Shown here in pieces: positions 41,071 to 50,137 of a DNA stretch of 64,000 bases. Location of the stretch: positions 27,481 through 91,480 of the forward strand of contig CAIPDT010000032.1 of the NCBI GenBank assembly GCA_903863905.1. The letters are read 5' to 3'. Position numbers and translations under genes: made by a program. Numbering within the stretch: the first letter of the stretch is position 1; the number at the start of each line of letters is the position of its first letter. Source of the stretch: an uncultured Methylococcaceae bacterium. GTDB taxonomy: Bacteria > Pseudomonadota > Gammaproteobacteria > Methylococcales > Methylomonadaceae. The notes beneath the pieces were generated by a model. That model saw only the letters and a list, made by a program, of their open reading frames with translations, did no database searches and was not told where the DNA came from.

Positions 41071-42717
41071 ATGAGCAAGGCTTCATTATCAGTACTGCCC
41101 AAAACGGGCATAGAGGGCTTAAAAGAAAACTGGCGCAGTGATCTTTTATCTGGATTTTTAGTATTCCTAATTGCCTTACCCCTTTGCCTTGGCATCTCAA
41201 TGGCATCAGGCTTTCCACCTTCTGCCGGCATTATTACCGCCATTATTGGGGGGATGTTAGTTTCTCGAATTAATGGCTCCTTTGTGACCATCAACGGCCC
41301 AGCAGCGGGCTTAATTGTCGTGGTTCTTGGAGCTGTTCAAGAACTAGGTGAAGGCGATGCCATGGCGGGCTATCGTTATGCCTTGGCCGCTATCGTCATC
41401 GCGAGTGCCTTACAAATTGTACTGGGTTTATTAAAAGCGGGACGTTTAAGTTCATTTTTTCCTTCTTCAGTCGTTCATGGCATGTTAGCAGCCATTGGTA
41501 TTATTATCATGGCCAAACAAATTCATGTCATGCTAGGTGTTGCACCCGAAAAAGGCAGTAGCTTACTGTCTACCATTGCTCAAGTGCCTCATAGCATTTT
41601 CAACCCTAATTATGAAATCGCTGTGATTGGCTTAGTCGGCTTAGGTATCTTAATTATCTGGTCTTTAATTAAAAACCCAATCCTAAAAATGATCCCCGCC
41701 CCTTTAGTGGTGGTTTTAGTCGGGATAGCTTTGGCAAAATATTTTGATCTTGATCATGAACACATGTATCTCTTTCTACCTGATGCCTCTTTCCTATCTC
41801 CTCACGATCACACCGTAGGCCCTAAGTTTTTAGTCGCGATCTCAGACAACTTCATGTCGAGTTTTAACTTTCCTGACTTTTCAAAAATTGGCACTTTAGA
41901 GTTTTGGGAAGCGGTCATTAGTATTAGTCTAGTCGGCAGCTTAGAAAGCTTATTAAGCGCAATGGCAGTGGATAAACTAGACACCTACAAACGCCATGCG
42001 GATCTGGATAAAGATCTCACGGCTGTGGGTATCGGTAACTTAGTGTCCGGACTTATTGGTGGTTTGCCTATGATTGCTGAAATTGTTCGTAGTTCAGCAA
42101 ACGTGAATAATGGTGCAAAAACGCAATGGGCTAATTTCTTTCACGGAACTTTCCTACTCTTATTCGTCGTTTTATTTCCACGCCTTATCCATAGCATTCC
42201 GTTAGCGGCACTGGCGGCCTTATTAGTTTTTACTGGTTTTCGATTAGCTTCACCGTCTTCATTTGCTCACGTGATGGACATTGGTAAAGAACAACTCTTT
42301 ATCTTTGTTGTAACGATTATCGGTGTTTTAGCAACTGATTTATTAGTGGGCGTTGCCTTAGGTATTGTCGCTAAATTTTTAATCCATATCTTACGTGGCG
42401 TTAAACTAAAAAATCTATTTAAAATCTACTTTACGATCGAACAAAAGAATTCAGAAACCATTGAGGTTCACATTGTAGGCTCAGCCATTTTCTCTAATTT
42501 TTTGGCGTTGAAAACCCAATTAGCCACGGTAGAAAAAGGGCAAAGCATTATCTTTTATCTTAACCAAGCTTACCTGATTGACCATACCGTGATGGAATTT
42601 TTTCATGACTTCCAACATAACTATGAAGACAATGGTGGAAAAATTACTTTTATAGGCTTAGATAGACACGAAAGTTTATCGGATCATCCTTTAGCGGTGC
42701 GTAGAATAAAATCGTAA
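41071..42717 (+). CDS. SulP/SLC26 family anion (probable bicarbonate) permease with a short STAS-like C-terminus
   Basis: DLLSGFLVFLIALPLCLGI, GPAAG, ESLLSAMA, IVRSSANVNNGAKT, NFFHG. Confidence 0.93.
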   Translation: MSKASLSVLPKTGIEGLKENWRSDLLSGFLVFLIALPLCLGISMASGFPPSAGIITAIIGGMLVSRINGSFVTINGPAAGLIVVVLGAVQELGEGDAMAGYRYALAAIVIASALQIVLGLLKAGRLSSFFPSSVVHGMLAAIGIIIMAKQIHVMLGVAPEKGSSLLSTIAQVPHSIFNPNYEIAVIGLVGLGILIIWSLIKNPILKMIPAPLVVVLVGIALAKYFDLDHEHMYLFLPDASFLSPHDHTVGPKFLVAISDNFMSSFNFPDFSKIGTLEFWEAVISISLVGSLESLLSAMAVDKLDTYKRHADLDKDLTAVGIGNLVSGLIGGLPMIAEIVRSSANVNNGAKTQWANFFHGTFLLLFVVLFPRLIHSIPLAALAALLVFTGFRLASPSSFAHVMDIGKEQLFIFVVTIIGVLATDLLVGVALGIVAKFLIHILRGVKLKNLFKIYFTIEQKNSETIEVHIVGSAIFSNFLALKTQLATVEKGQSIIFYLNQAYLIDHTVMEFFHDFQHNYEDNGGKITFIGLDRHESLSDHPLAVRRIKS

Positions 42718-42740
42718 GACATTAACATCACACTTACTCC

Positions 42741-42774
42741 ATGAGCGCTTTTTATCACCTATAAAAGCGCTCAT
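42741..42774. terminator. Strong inverted repeat between sulP and the DUF2490 gene
   Basis: ATGAGCGCTTTT...AAAAGCGCTCAT, 12-bp perfect arms. Confidence 0.65.
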
Positions 42775-42889
42775 ACATTTCCAAGCATTATTTCAAAAAT
42801 ATTCACGATTAACCTGGCTTTTGACTGACTCGAATACCTTGTTAATCGTTGCTTATCCTAGAATAATTCACCCTATTGATCTAACACTT

Positions 42890-43648
42890 ATGACTCAAAA
42901 AAACATCAAAATAGTAGCATTGACCTTTGCACTGTTAAACGCACTAGGCCTTGCGCCACAAACACATGCCGCAGCCGCTCCCGTAGTACAAGATGATTTA
43001 GTGCAAGATGCGGGTTCTTGGGCACAAGTTGCTGCCGAAGGAAGTTTAAAATCAGTGGATCCTAAATTAGAAAAGGTCCGTGTCTGGCTGGAAGGTCAAT
43101 CACGTTGGGATCATAACTGGGATCATTGGTATCAAGGCATGGCGCGTGCCGCGGTAGGTTATGCGCTAACTGACCGTGCGACCATTTGGGCGGGTTACAC
43201 GTATTTACCTACTCAACAAATCAGTGCTTCAGGCGTGGTCGCGCCCTATAAAGCCCAACAAGATATTTGGCCTGGTTTCCGCTATGTATTACCGACCTCA
43301 TTAGGCACAGTGACCTTTAGAACTATTATTGAAAGTAACTTTATCCCGTATAACAATAATGAAGTTAGGGTCCGCCCTCGTCAAATGGTGCGTTTCATGC
43401 ACCCCTTAGATCTTGAGCCTCGTTTAAGTTTAATCAGTTGGGATGAAGCTTTTGTAAGAGTGAACTCGACGCCTACCGGTGGACAAGCTGGGTTTGATCA
43501 AAATCGTTTCTTTGCCGGGCTCGGTTGGTCCTTTAATAAAAACTTCCGTGCTGAAGGTGGGTATCTTAATCAATATTTAGCCCGTATTAATACCACACCA
43601 GATACCATGCATCACTTAATCATGGGGTCTTTATTTATCAATTGGTAA
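42890..43648 (+). CDS. DUF2490 family outer-membrane beta-barrel protein
   Basis: Signal peptide, alternating beta-strand pattern, WDEAFV, GFDQNRFFAGLG, EGGYLNQY, C-terminal aromatic residue (FINW). ATG 42890 preferred. Confidence 0.85.
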   Translation: MTQKNIKIVALTFALLNALGLAPQTHAAAAPVVQDDLVQDAGSWAQVAAEGSLKSVDPKLEKVRVWLEGQSRWDHNWDHWYQGMARAAVGYALTDRATIWAGYTYLPTQQISASGVVAPYKAQQDIWPGFRYVLPTSLGTVTFRTIIESNFIPYNNNEVRVRPRQMVRFMHPLDLEPRLSLISWDEAFVRVNSTPTGGQAGFDQNRFFAGLGWSFNKNFRAEGGYLNQYLARINTTPDTMHHLIMGSLFINW

Positions 43649-43868
43649 GTCAATCACGTTGTCGCTATTGATCGGCTTATACTTTACTCAGTCCGTGTTT
43701 TCAGTGCCTGCTTATGCAAAGATAGGGTAAAAAAGCGAACAAACTAACAGTTTACTCGCGTTGAAGACATAGAACGTAACAAAGGAAGAAATTGACACGC
43801 TATACAACGGATTGACAAAAACACGTAAAACATTGATTAATATTATAAAATTAGCCTTTTAAAGCAGA

Positions 43869-44211
43869 GTACGCCCTACTCTCAACAGCATAAGTCCTAC
43901 TCTGTTGGGAGTAAGGCCTACTCTACATAGAACAGACCGTACTCCTAACAGCATAAGCCCTGCTCTGTTGGGAACAGGGCCTACTCTACACAGAACAAGC
44001 CTTACTCCCAACAGCACAAGCCCTACTCTATTGGGAACAGGGCCTACTCTACACAGAACAAGCCTTACTCCCAACAGCACAAGCCCTACTCTGTTGGGAA
44101 CAGGCCCTACTCTACACAGAACAAGCCTTACTCCCAACAGCATAAGCCTTACTCTGTTGGGAACAGGCCCTACTCCAGACAGAACAGGCCTTACTCCCGT
44201 GAAAACAGGAG
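43869..44211. repeat. 16 x 21-nt tandem array organised as a 63-nt (A-B-C) higher-order repeat
   Basis: YTACTC core (variants GTACTC and CTGCTC once each) at 43876+21k for k=0..15. The 8-nt variable segments cycle CCAACAGC / TGTTGGGA / TACACAGA. Confidence 0.95.
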
Positions 44212-44465
44212 CTATAGTGATTTTCAAAGGCGTTTTACGCCATAAAACACCTAAAATAGCCCCTCTACCTTAGATTTTATAACAGACTTCCGAAGTTAAC
44301 TTTAGCCACTCGCGTCCTATACCTTAATAACTAAATTATACAGCGGTGAAGACACTTGATACCGTTCACTCAACTGACGTTAAATTCAAAATTTAACCCG
44401 AATCTAAACAGGATACATAGCGACAATTTTGTTATACTCCGCTCATCACGAACGGAGATTTATTA

Positions 44466-45458
44466 ATGGCGCACGACCACTCACACCACGCACACGATCA
44501 TTCTCAGCACTCGCCTCACGATCACTCTCAACATTCGCATTCTCACCACGACCATTCGCACCATGCTCATGGCCATCATCACGTAACGCCCTCTAAAATC
44601 GGTCGTACCTTTGCGATTGCGGTGTTTTTAAATCTTATCTACGTGGGCGTGGAATTAGGTTACGGCTTTATCACCCATTCAACCGCACTGATCGCCGATG
44701 CCGGCCACAATGTCTCTGATGTACTGGGCTTAATCTTATCGTGGACGGCCATTGTTTTAGCCCGTAAGAAACCAAATGAACGCTACACTTATGGCTTGCG
44801 TAGCACCTCTATCTTAGCCGCACTGATTAACGCTATGTTATTACTAATCGCCTGTGGCGCGATTGCGTGGGAAGCCATCCATCGCTTAAGCTCACCGCCT
44901 GAAGTCGCTGGACTCACTATTTCAGCCGTCGCCGGGATAGGCATTGTTGTGAACGGCCTCTCCGCTTTATTATTGATGAAAGGCAGTCAACACGACGTCA
45001 ATATACGCAGTGCTTACTTGCACATGGCGGCTGATGCCGCCGTTTCACTTTCGGTGGTTATCGCAGGTCTAGCGATGCTATATGGCCAGTGGTATTGGTT
45101 AGATCCTGCGATGAGCTTAGTGATTGTGGTGGTGATTGTGTTAGGAACGGGGAGTTTATTACTCGAAGCGATAAAATTAGCCTTAAGTGCCGTGCCTAAA
45201 CATATCGACACAACTGCTATTAACCACTATTTGAACCACTTAGTCGGTGTTAAAGAAATACATGACTTACATATTTGGGGCTTAAGCACCACCGAAAATG
45301 CTTTAACCGTCCACTTAGTGATGCCTGAAGGTTTTCCTGGCGACGCCTTTCTTGATAAGATCGTGTTAACCCTTAAAGAACACTACAACATTCATCACAG
45401 CACGCTACAAGTTGAATTAGGCCAGACTGAGCACCATTGCGCACTGGTGAGTCATTAA
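44466..45458 (+). CDS. Cation diffusion facilitator (CzcD/ZitB-like zinc exporter) with a His-rich N-terminus
   Basis: 20 His in residues 3-39. Site-A motifs HNVSD and HMAAD. HDLHIW. Confidence 0.94.
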   Translation: MAHDHSHHAHDHSQHSPHDHSQHSHSHHDHSHHAHGHHHVTPSKIGRTFAIAVFLNLIYVGVELGYGFITHSTALIADAGHNVSDVLGLILSWTAIVLARKKPNERYTYGLRSTSILAALINAMLLLIACGAIAWEAIHRLSSPPEVAGLTISAVAGIGIVVNGLSALLLMKGSQHDVNIRSAYLHMAADAAVSLSVVIAGLAMLYGQWYWLDPAMSLVIVVVIVLGTGSLLLEAIKLALSAVPKHIDTTAINHYLNHLVGVKEIHDLHIWGLSTTENALTVHLVMPEGFPGDAFLDKIVLTLKEHYNIHHSTLQVELGQTEHHCALVSH

Positions 45459-45979
45459 ACAATCAATTTAAAGTATTCGCTTTCTGCCACGATATCTTGA
45501 TTATCTTCAACACGATCTAAATACACCTTACCTTCGAGGTGATCATATTCGTGTTGAAATATTCTGGCCACAAAACTGTCGAATTGCTGTTGCACTGCGT
45601 GGCCCTCAATATTGGTATACGTCACTTCAATGGCGGTATAACGAGGCACTAATGCACGAATACCGGGAATACTTAGACACCCCTCCCAGCCTTTTTCTTT
45701 CTCCTCCGACAAGGCCACAAAGCGGGGATTAATCATCACCGTCGGCTCCATTAAGGGCGCCTGTGGATAGCGAGGAGACGGCCTTGAAGCCACAATGACT
45801 ATTTGCTTAGAGATACCAATCTGAGGTGCGGCCAATCCCACGCCTTGCGTACTGGCTAAGGCCGCTTGCATCGCTTTAATCTCTGTTTGAGTTTCAATAC
45901 CACCCACTTCCGTTACCGGCGTGGCCACAACACGTAACACCGGATTGCCTAATTGCACAATTTCAACGGCACTCATCAC
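45455..45979 (-). CDS. def: Peptide deformylase
   Basis: GVGLAAPQIG, EGCLSI, QHEYDHLEG. Confidence 0.96.
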   Translation of the reverse strand: MMSAVEIVQLGNPVLRVVATPVTEVGGIETQTEIKAMQAALASTQGVGLAAPQIGISKQIVIVASRPSPRYPQAPLMEPTVMINPRFVALSEEKEKGWEGCLSIPGIRALVPRYTAIEVTYTNIEGHAVQQQFDSFVARIFQHEYDHLEGKVYLDRVEDNQDIVAESEYFKLIV

Positions 45980-48747
45980 TAGGAGGCCAATGATTCATTC
46001 AAAATAGCCGATTGAGCTTGGACCGGTTCTTCATCACTTGTGTTTAATAATTGTTTATAACTGCCATCGGATTGCAACAACCACGCTTGTGTATTATCTT
46101 TTAAATATAAATCCAGATCATGCAGAATACGGGTATATAAACGCTTACTCTCAATGGGGAAGCAAATCTCCACCCGTCTAAACATATTGCGGTTCATTAA
46201 ATCAGCACTAGACGCATACACTTCAACATTACCGTCATTCGCAAAGGCATAAATTCGCGCATGTTCCAAAAAGCGCCCAATAATCGCCCGCACCTCAATG
46301 TTTTCAGAGACCCCTGGAATACCCGGTCTTAAGCAACAAATCCCTCGCACAATTAACTTAACCTCAACGCCCGCTTGTGAAGCCCGATACAACGCTTGTA
46401 TCGCTTGCTCTTCAACAATTGCGTTGACTTGAATAATAATCTTAGCCGCCTTACCATTTTTAGCATGAGTAATTTCACGCTCAATTTTTTCTAATAAGCC
46501 TTTATGCAAAGTAAACGGAGATTGTAATAATTTGTTTAACTTAGTGACCTTACCTAAACTGGTTAACTGTGCAAATACCCGGCGCACATCTTCACCCAAT
46601 TCTTTGTTACACGAGAATAAGCCATAATCCGTATACAGTTGCGCTGTTTTAGGATGATAGTTGCCGGTGCCTAAATGCACATAATTACGCAGTTCTTTAC
46701 CTTCTCTACGCAACACTAAGCACATTTTGGCATGCGTTTTATAGCCCACAACCCCATACACAACGTGCACGGCCGCTTCTTGTAATTTAGACGCTAAATC
46801 GATATTTGCCTTTTCATCAAAACGGGCTCTTAACTCAATAACCACGGTCACTTCCTTGCCCGCCCGTGCCGCTCTAATTAAAGCGGCAACGACCGGTGAA
46901 TCCGCACCGGTGCGATACAAGGTTTGTTTTATCGCCAACACTTCAGGAGAGGCGGCCGCTTGTCGTAAAAACTCCACCACCGGTGAGAACGATTCAAAGG
47001 GGTGATGAAGCAAAATATCATGACGCTTAATGGCGGCAAAAAAATCTTTATTACGCGCTAATTGGGGTGAGGTCGTCGGTTTAAAGGACGGAAACTTTAG
47101 ATCAGGTCTATCCACCAAATCATTCACTTCTTGAATTCGATTTAAATTAACCGGGCCATCCACCAGGAATAAACGATCTCGATTCATTTCAAAGCGATCT
47201 AACAAAAAACTAACCGTATCATCAGGACAGGCCGCATCGATTTCTAAACGCACCTCATCCCCATAATTACGCATTGCTAATTCGCCTTGCACCGCCAGTA
47301 ATAAATCATCAATGGCATCATCATCCACAAAGAAGTCACTGTTACGTGTCACTCTAAATTGATAACAGCCTTTAACGGTCATGCCCGTAAACAACTCACT
47401 GACAAAGGCATGAATAATAGACGATAAGAATACAAAATCACTGGGACCGCTATGAGTTTCCTCAACCGGTAACTGAATCACTCGTGGCAAGGTTCGAGGT
47501 GCTTGCAAAACTGCACGTCCGCTGTTACGTCCAAAGGCGTCTTTACCCGTTAACGAAATAATAAAGTTTAAACTTTTATTTAATATGCGCGGAAAAGGAT
47601 GCGCAGAATCTAAACCCACTGGGGTTAAAATCGGTAATAACTCATCATTAAAATAATTTGCCAACCATTTTAGTTGAGCTTCATTCCAGTCAGTACGACG
47701 TATGAATCGAATGTTTTCTTCATTCAGTTTAGGAATTAAAATGTCGTTGAGAACTTGATACTGCTCTTCAACTAATTTATGCGCATGAATAGAAATCTGC
47801 TCCAATTGATCTTTTGCGGTTAAGCCATCAGACCCAATCGCTTTAGGATCAATTCCGGCCATCTCTAAGACACTGGCCACACGTACTTCAAAGAACTCAT
47901 CCAGATTTGAACAAGAAATACATAAATAATTAAGGCGTTCCAGCAAAGGCACAGATTCATTTTTGGCTTGTGCCAAGACCCGTTTATTAAAAGCCAATAA
48001 ACTTAAATCACGATTGATATACAGTTCAGGTTTCTCTAAGTTGATTGCTTCAACAGTTTCTGGGGTATCCATATTGTTCCTTAAATTATCAGGGATAATG
48101 CCACTTATAAACACATGTCGATCACTGATTTGAACGACATGCAAATTTAACTCGGCTTGCGCAAGTTGGGAGATAATTTCTTTCAAGCTAAACGCGGCTA
48201 ACAAGGAATTATAAAAATCTCGTTGTAAAATCTCGGGTTCATCTCCCGCATACTGAGCCACCATTTTTTGGGCTTCTTCAGGACTACCTGGCCGTAATAA
48301 GTCCATAATAAACACCGCCGTACCGGGTTTAGCATAGCTTTTTACCGTCTGCCAAAGCACCTGTGGCTCCGCTAAATGATGCAACAGACTATTGCTATAG
48401 ATGATCTCATAATTAGATTGCGGTAATGTGACATGCGGTAACACAGCCTTAATAAACCGAATTCGGGTCGATAAATTAGTGGGTAAGGCACCTTTCGCAT
48501 ACGCTAACATAGGCTCAGAACCATCAACTGCATGCACAGTTGCCGCAGGAAAAGCATTAGCAAACCGCACGGTAATATCGCCTGGTCCACAGCCCAAATC
48601 TAAGGCGGTGCCGTTAAAGGCTGGTTTGTTTAAATAGAGTTTTAATTGCCGCATAAAATTATCATGTGGCACTTCAAAATTCGCCTCCGCATAGGCTTTA
48701 ACTTGATCAAGTGCCTCCATTAACTCAGGTTCTAAAATTCGATTCAT
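45979..48747 (-). CDS. ppk1: Class I SAM-dependent methyltransferase fused to polyphosphate kinase 1
   Basis: Residues 1 to about 218 carry LDLGCGPG, VDGSEPML, SNSLLHHL. From Met226: YINRDLSLLAFNKRVL, SNLDEFFEVRV, LLHHPFES, ELRARFDE, HLGTGNY, GRFLEH. Confidence 0.95.
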   Translation of the reverse strand: MNRILEPELMEALDQVKAYAEANFEVPHDNFMRQLKLYLNKPAFNGTALDLGCGPGDITVRFANAFPAATVHAVDGSEPMLAYAKGALPTNLSTRIRFIKAVLPHVTLPQSNYEIIYSNSLLHHLAEPQVLWQTVKSYAKPGTAVFIMDLLRPGSPEEAQKMVAQYAGDEPEILQRDFYNSLLAAFSLKEIISQLAQAELNLHVVQISDRHVFISGIIPDNLRNNMDTPETVEAINLEKPELYINRDLSLLAFNKRVLAQAKNESVPLLERLNYLCISCSNLDEFFEVRVASVLEMAGIDPKAIGSDGLTAKDQLEQISIHAHKLVEEQYQVLNDILIPKLNEENIRFIRRTDWNEAQLKWLANYFNDELLPILTPVGLDSAHPFPRILNKSLNFIISLTGKDAFGRNSGRAVLQAPRTLPRVIQLPVEETHSGPSDFVFLSSIIHAFVSELFTGMTVKGCYQFRVTRNSDFFVDDDAIDDLLLAVQGELAMRNYGDEVRLEIDAACPDDTVSFLLDRFEMNRDRLFLVDGPVNLNRIQEVNDLVDRPDLKFPSFKPTTSPQLARNKDFFAAIKRHDILLHHPFESFSPVVEFLRQAAASPEVLAIKQTLYRTGADSPVVAALIRAARAGKEVTVVIELRARFDEKANIDLASKLQEAAVHVVYGVVGYKTHAKMCLVLRREGKELRNYVHLGTGNYHPKTAQLYTDYGLFSCNKELGEDVRRVFAQLTSLGKVTKLNKLLQSPFTLHKGLLEKIEREITHAKNGKAAKIIIQVNAIVEEQAIQALYRASQAGVEVKLIVRGICCLRPGIPGVSENIEVRAIIGRFLEHARIYAFANDGNVEVYASSADLMNRNMFRRVEICFPIESKRLYTRILHDLDLYLKDNTQAWLLQSDGSYKQLLNTSDEEPVQAQSAILNESLAS

Positions 48748-49649
48748 ACTTTAAATCCTCTATTCCCTTGTAATCCACCGGTATGTACTGCAATCATTCG
48801 TTGTCCTGGTTTAAAATGGCGCTGTGTTATTAAGTCATAGAGTCCATACAGCATCTTACCTGTATAAACAGGCTCTAATAAGATGCCCGTCCGCTGTGCA
48901 AACGCACTCATAAATTGAAGTAAAGTAGCATTACTGTTAGCAAAACCACCGAAGTGATAATCGAAATTAACCTGCCAATGCAGACTAGGTTCTACTAATA
49001 AAGCGTCCACGTCAGCGTTTAAAAACCCCGCACTTTTTAGCGCCGCAAAACCTAATACCGACACCTGCTCAGGAACTGCCCCAATAATGCCCGCTAAGGT
49101 AGTTCCGGTTCCACAAGGCACGCAGATTAAGTCATAACAGACTGGGATTTCTGTCACAAGTTCCGCGATGCCTTTTAAAGCCAACACTTGCGCACCTCCC
49201 TCGGGTATCCAATATTCATTAGGTTTAATACCAGGCAACGCATCGTGCTGTTTATACTGTCTGAGTTGTCGATACTCGGTCCGGGAAATAAAGGTTAATT
49301 CCATGCCCCATTGCTGAATATCAATTAAGGTAGGAGTTAATACCGAGGGACGCTCACCGCGAATAAACGCATGAGTTTTTAAGCCCAACACCTTACCGGT
49401 GTAAGCTAAGGCATGTAAATGATTAGAATAGGCGCCGCCCATACTCATCAGCGTATCAGCGCCGACAGTCAAGGCATGATCCAAACAGTATTTTAATTTA
49501 CGCCATTTGTTACCGGAAATAATCGGATGAATTAAATCATCTCGTTTCAACCAAAGCTCAATGTTATGTTCACTCAGCAAGGGATCGTCAATCTGGGTTA
49601 ATACCGAAGGCTGAAAAGAATGTTCTAATTGACTTAACGCGGGGTGCAT
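48744..49649 (-). CDS. PLP-dependent ACC deaminase / D-cysteine desulfhydrase family protein (desulfhydrase-like residues)
   Basis: LKRDD...SGNKWRKL, GGAYSNH, EPVYTGK, HTGGLQG. Confidence 0.9.
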   Translation of the reverse strand: MHPALSQLEHSFQPSVLTQIDDPLLSEHNIELWLKRDDLIHPIISGNKWRKLKYCLDHALTVGADTLMSMGGAYSNHLHALAYTGKVLGLKTHAFIRGERPSVLTPTLIDIQQWGMELTFISRTEYRQLRQYKQHDALPGIKPNEYWIPEGGAQVLALKGIAELVTEIPVCYDLICVPCGTGTTLAGIIGAVPEQVSVLGFAALKSAGFLNADVDALLVEPSLHWQVNFDYHFGGFANSNATLLQFMSAFAQRTGILLEPVYTGKMLYGLYDLITQRHFKPGQRMIAVHTGGLQGNRGFKV

Positions 49650-49675
49650 GTCAGTTTTATCAATAGAATAAAGGC

Positions 49676-50137
49676 TTAAGACTGAAACTTAGCTTTGTAA
49701 TAAACTTTGAACTGTTTTAAGCGCTGATAAACGAAGGTGCCAGTGACCTTATCATGCGCCCAATGCAGCCAACTTGTAATGGTGGTATACACATAATTAA
49801 GTAACCTAAACGTCATTAACTGGGGTTTGGTTAAGGCGAATACCCGAGTCACTAATAAGGTCCCGAGCAGTTTTGCGAATATTTCTAGCAACAGACCTTG
49901 TAAAAGCAGGCCCCGCGCCATCATAGCAAAAGCGATAATATTAATGGGAGCTACAATTAAAACTGGGATACTAAAGGCAAGCAACGCCATCATCGGCTTC
50001 GTCTGCTGTAACCACGCTTCTATTTGCTCTAAATGCAGACGTTTTGATAAATACCGCCCTAAAGCCGTAAACAGATCCCATAATGCTTCTTCAATCAATA
50101 AGACAATGGCTAAGAATGAGAGCAGTATTTTTTTCAT
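49676..50137 (-). CDS. Hypothetical membrane protein
   Basis: Two to three hydrophobic segments, LLIEEALWD motif, same strand as and 26 nt from the downstream gene. Confidence 0.7.
   Translation of the reverse strand: MKKILLSFLAIVLLIEEALWDLFTALGRYLSKRLHLEQIEAWLQQTKPMMALLAFSIPVLIVAPINIIAFAMMARGLLLQGLLLEIFAKLLGTLLVTRVFALTKPQLMTFRLLNYVYTTITSWLHWAHDKVTGTFVYQRLKQFKVYYKAKFQS

Noticed and set aside
43869-44211. CRISPR array interpretation of the 21-nt repeat
   Set aside because: The variable parts are only 8 nt and recur cyclically rather than being unique spacers, and no cas genes are in the window.
43859-44273. The two overlapping 122-aa ORFs as bona fide genes
   Set aside because: Open frames follow automatically from a stop-free unit whose length is a multiple of 3. 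There is no SD or domain. Kept only as a hypothesis under the repeat finding.
48744-49649. Calling the PLP enzyme an ACC deaminase (acdS)
   Set aside because: It lacks the diagnostic Glu and Leu residues, having EPVYTGK and HTGG instead.
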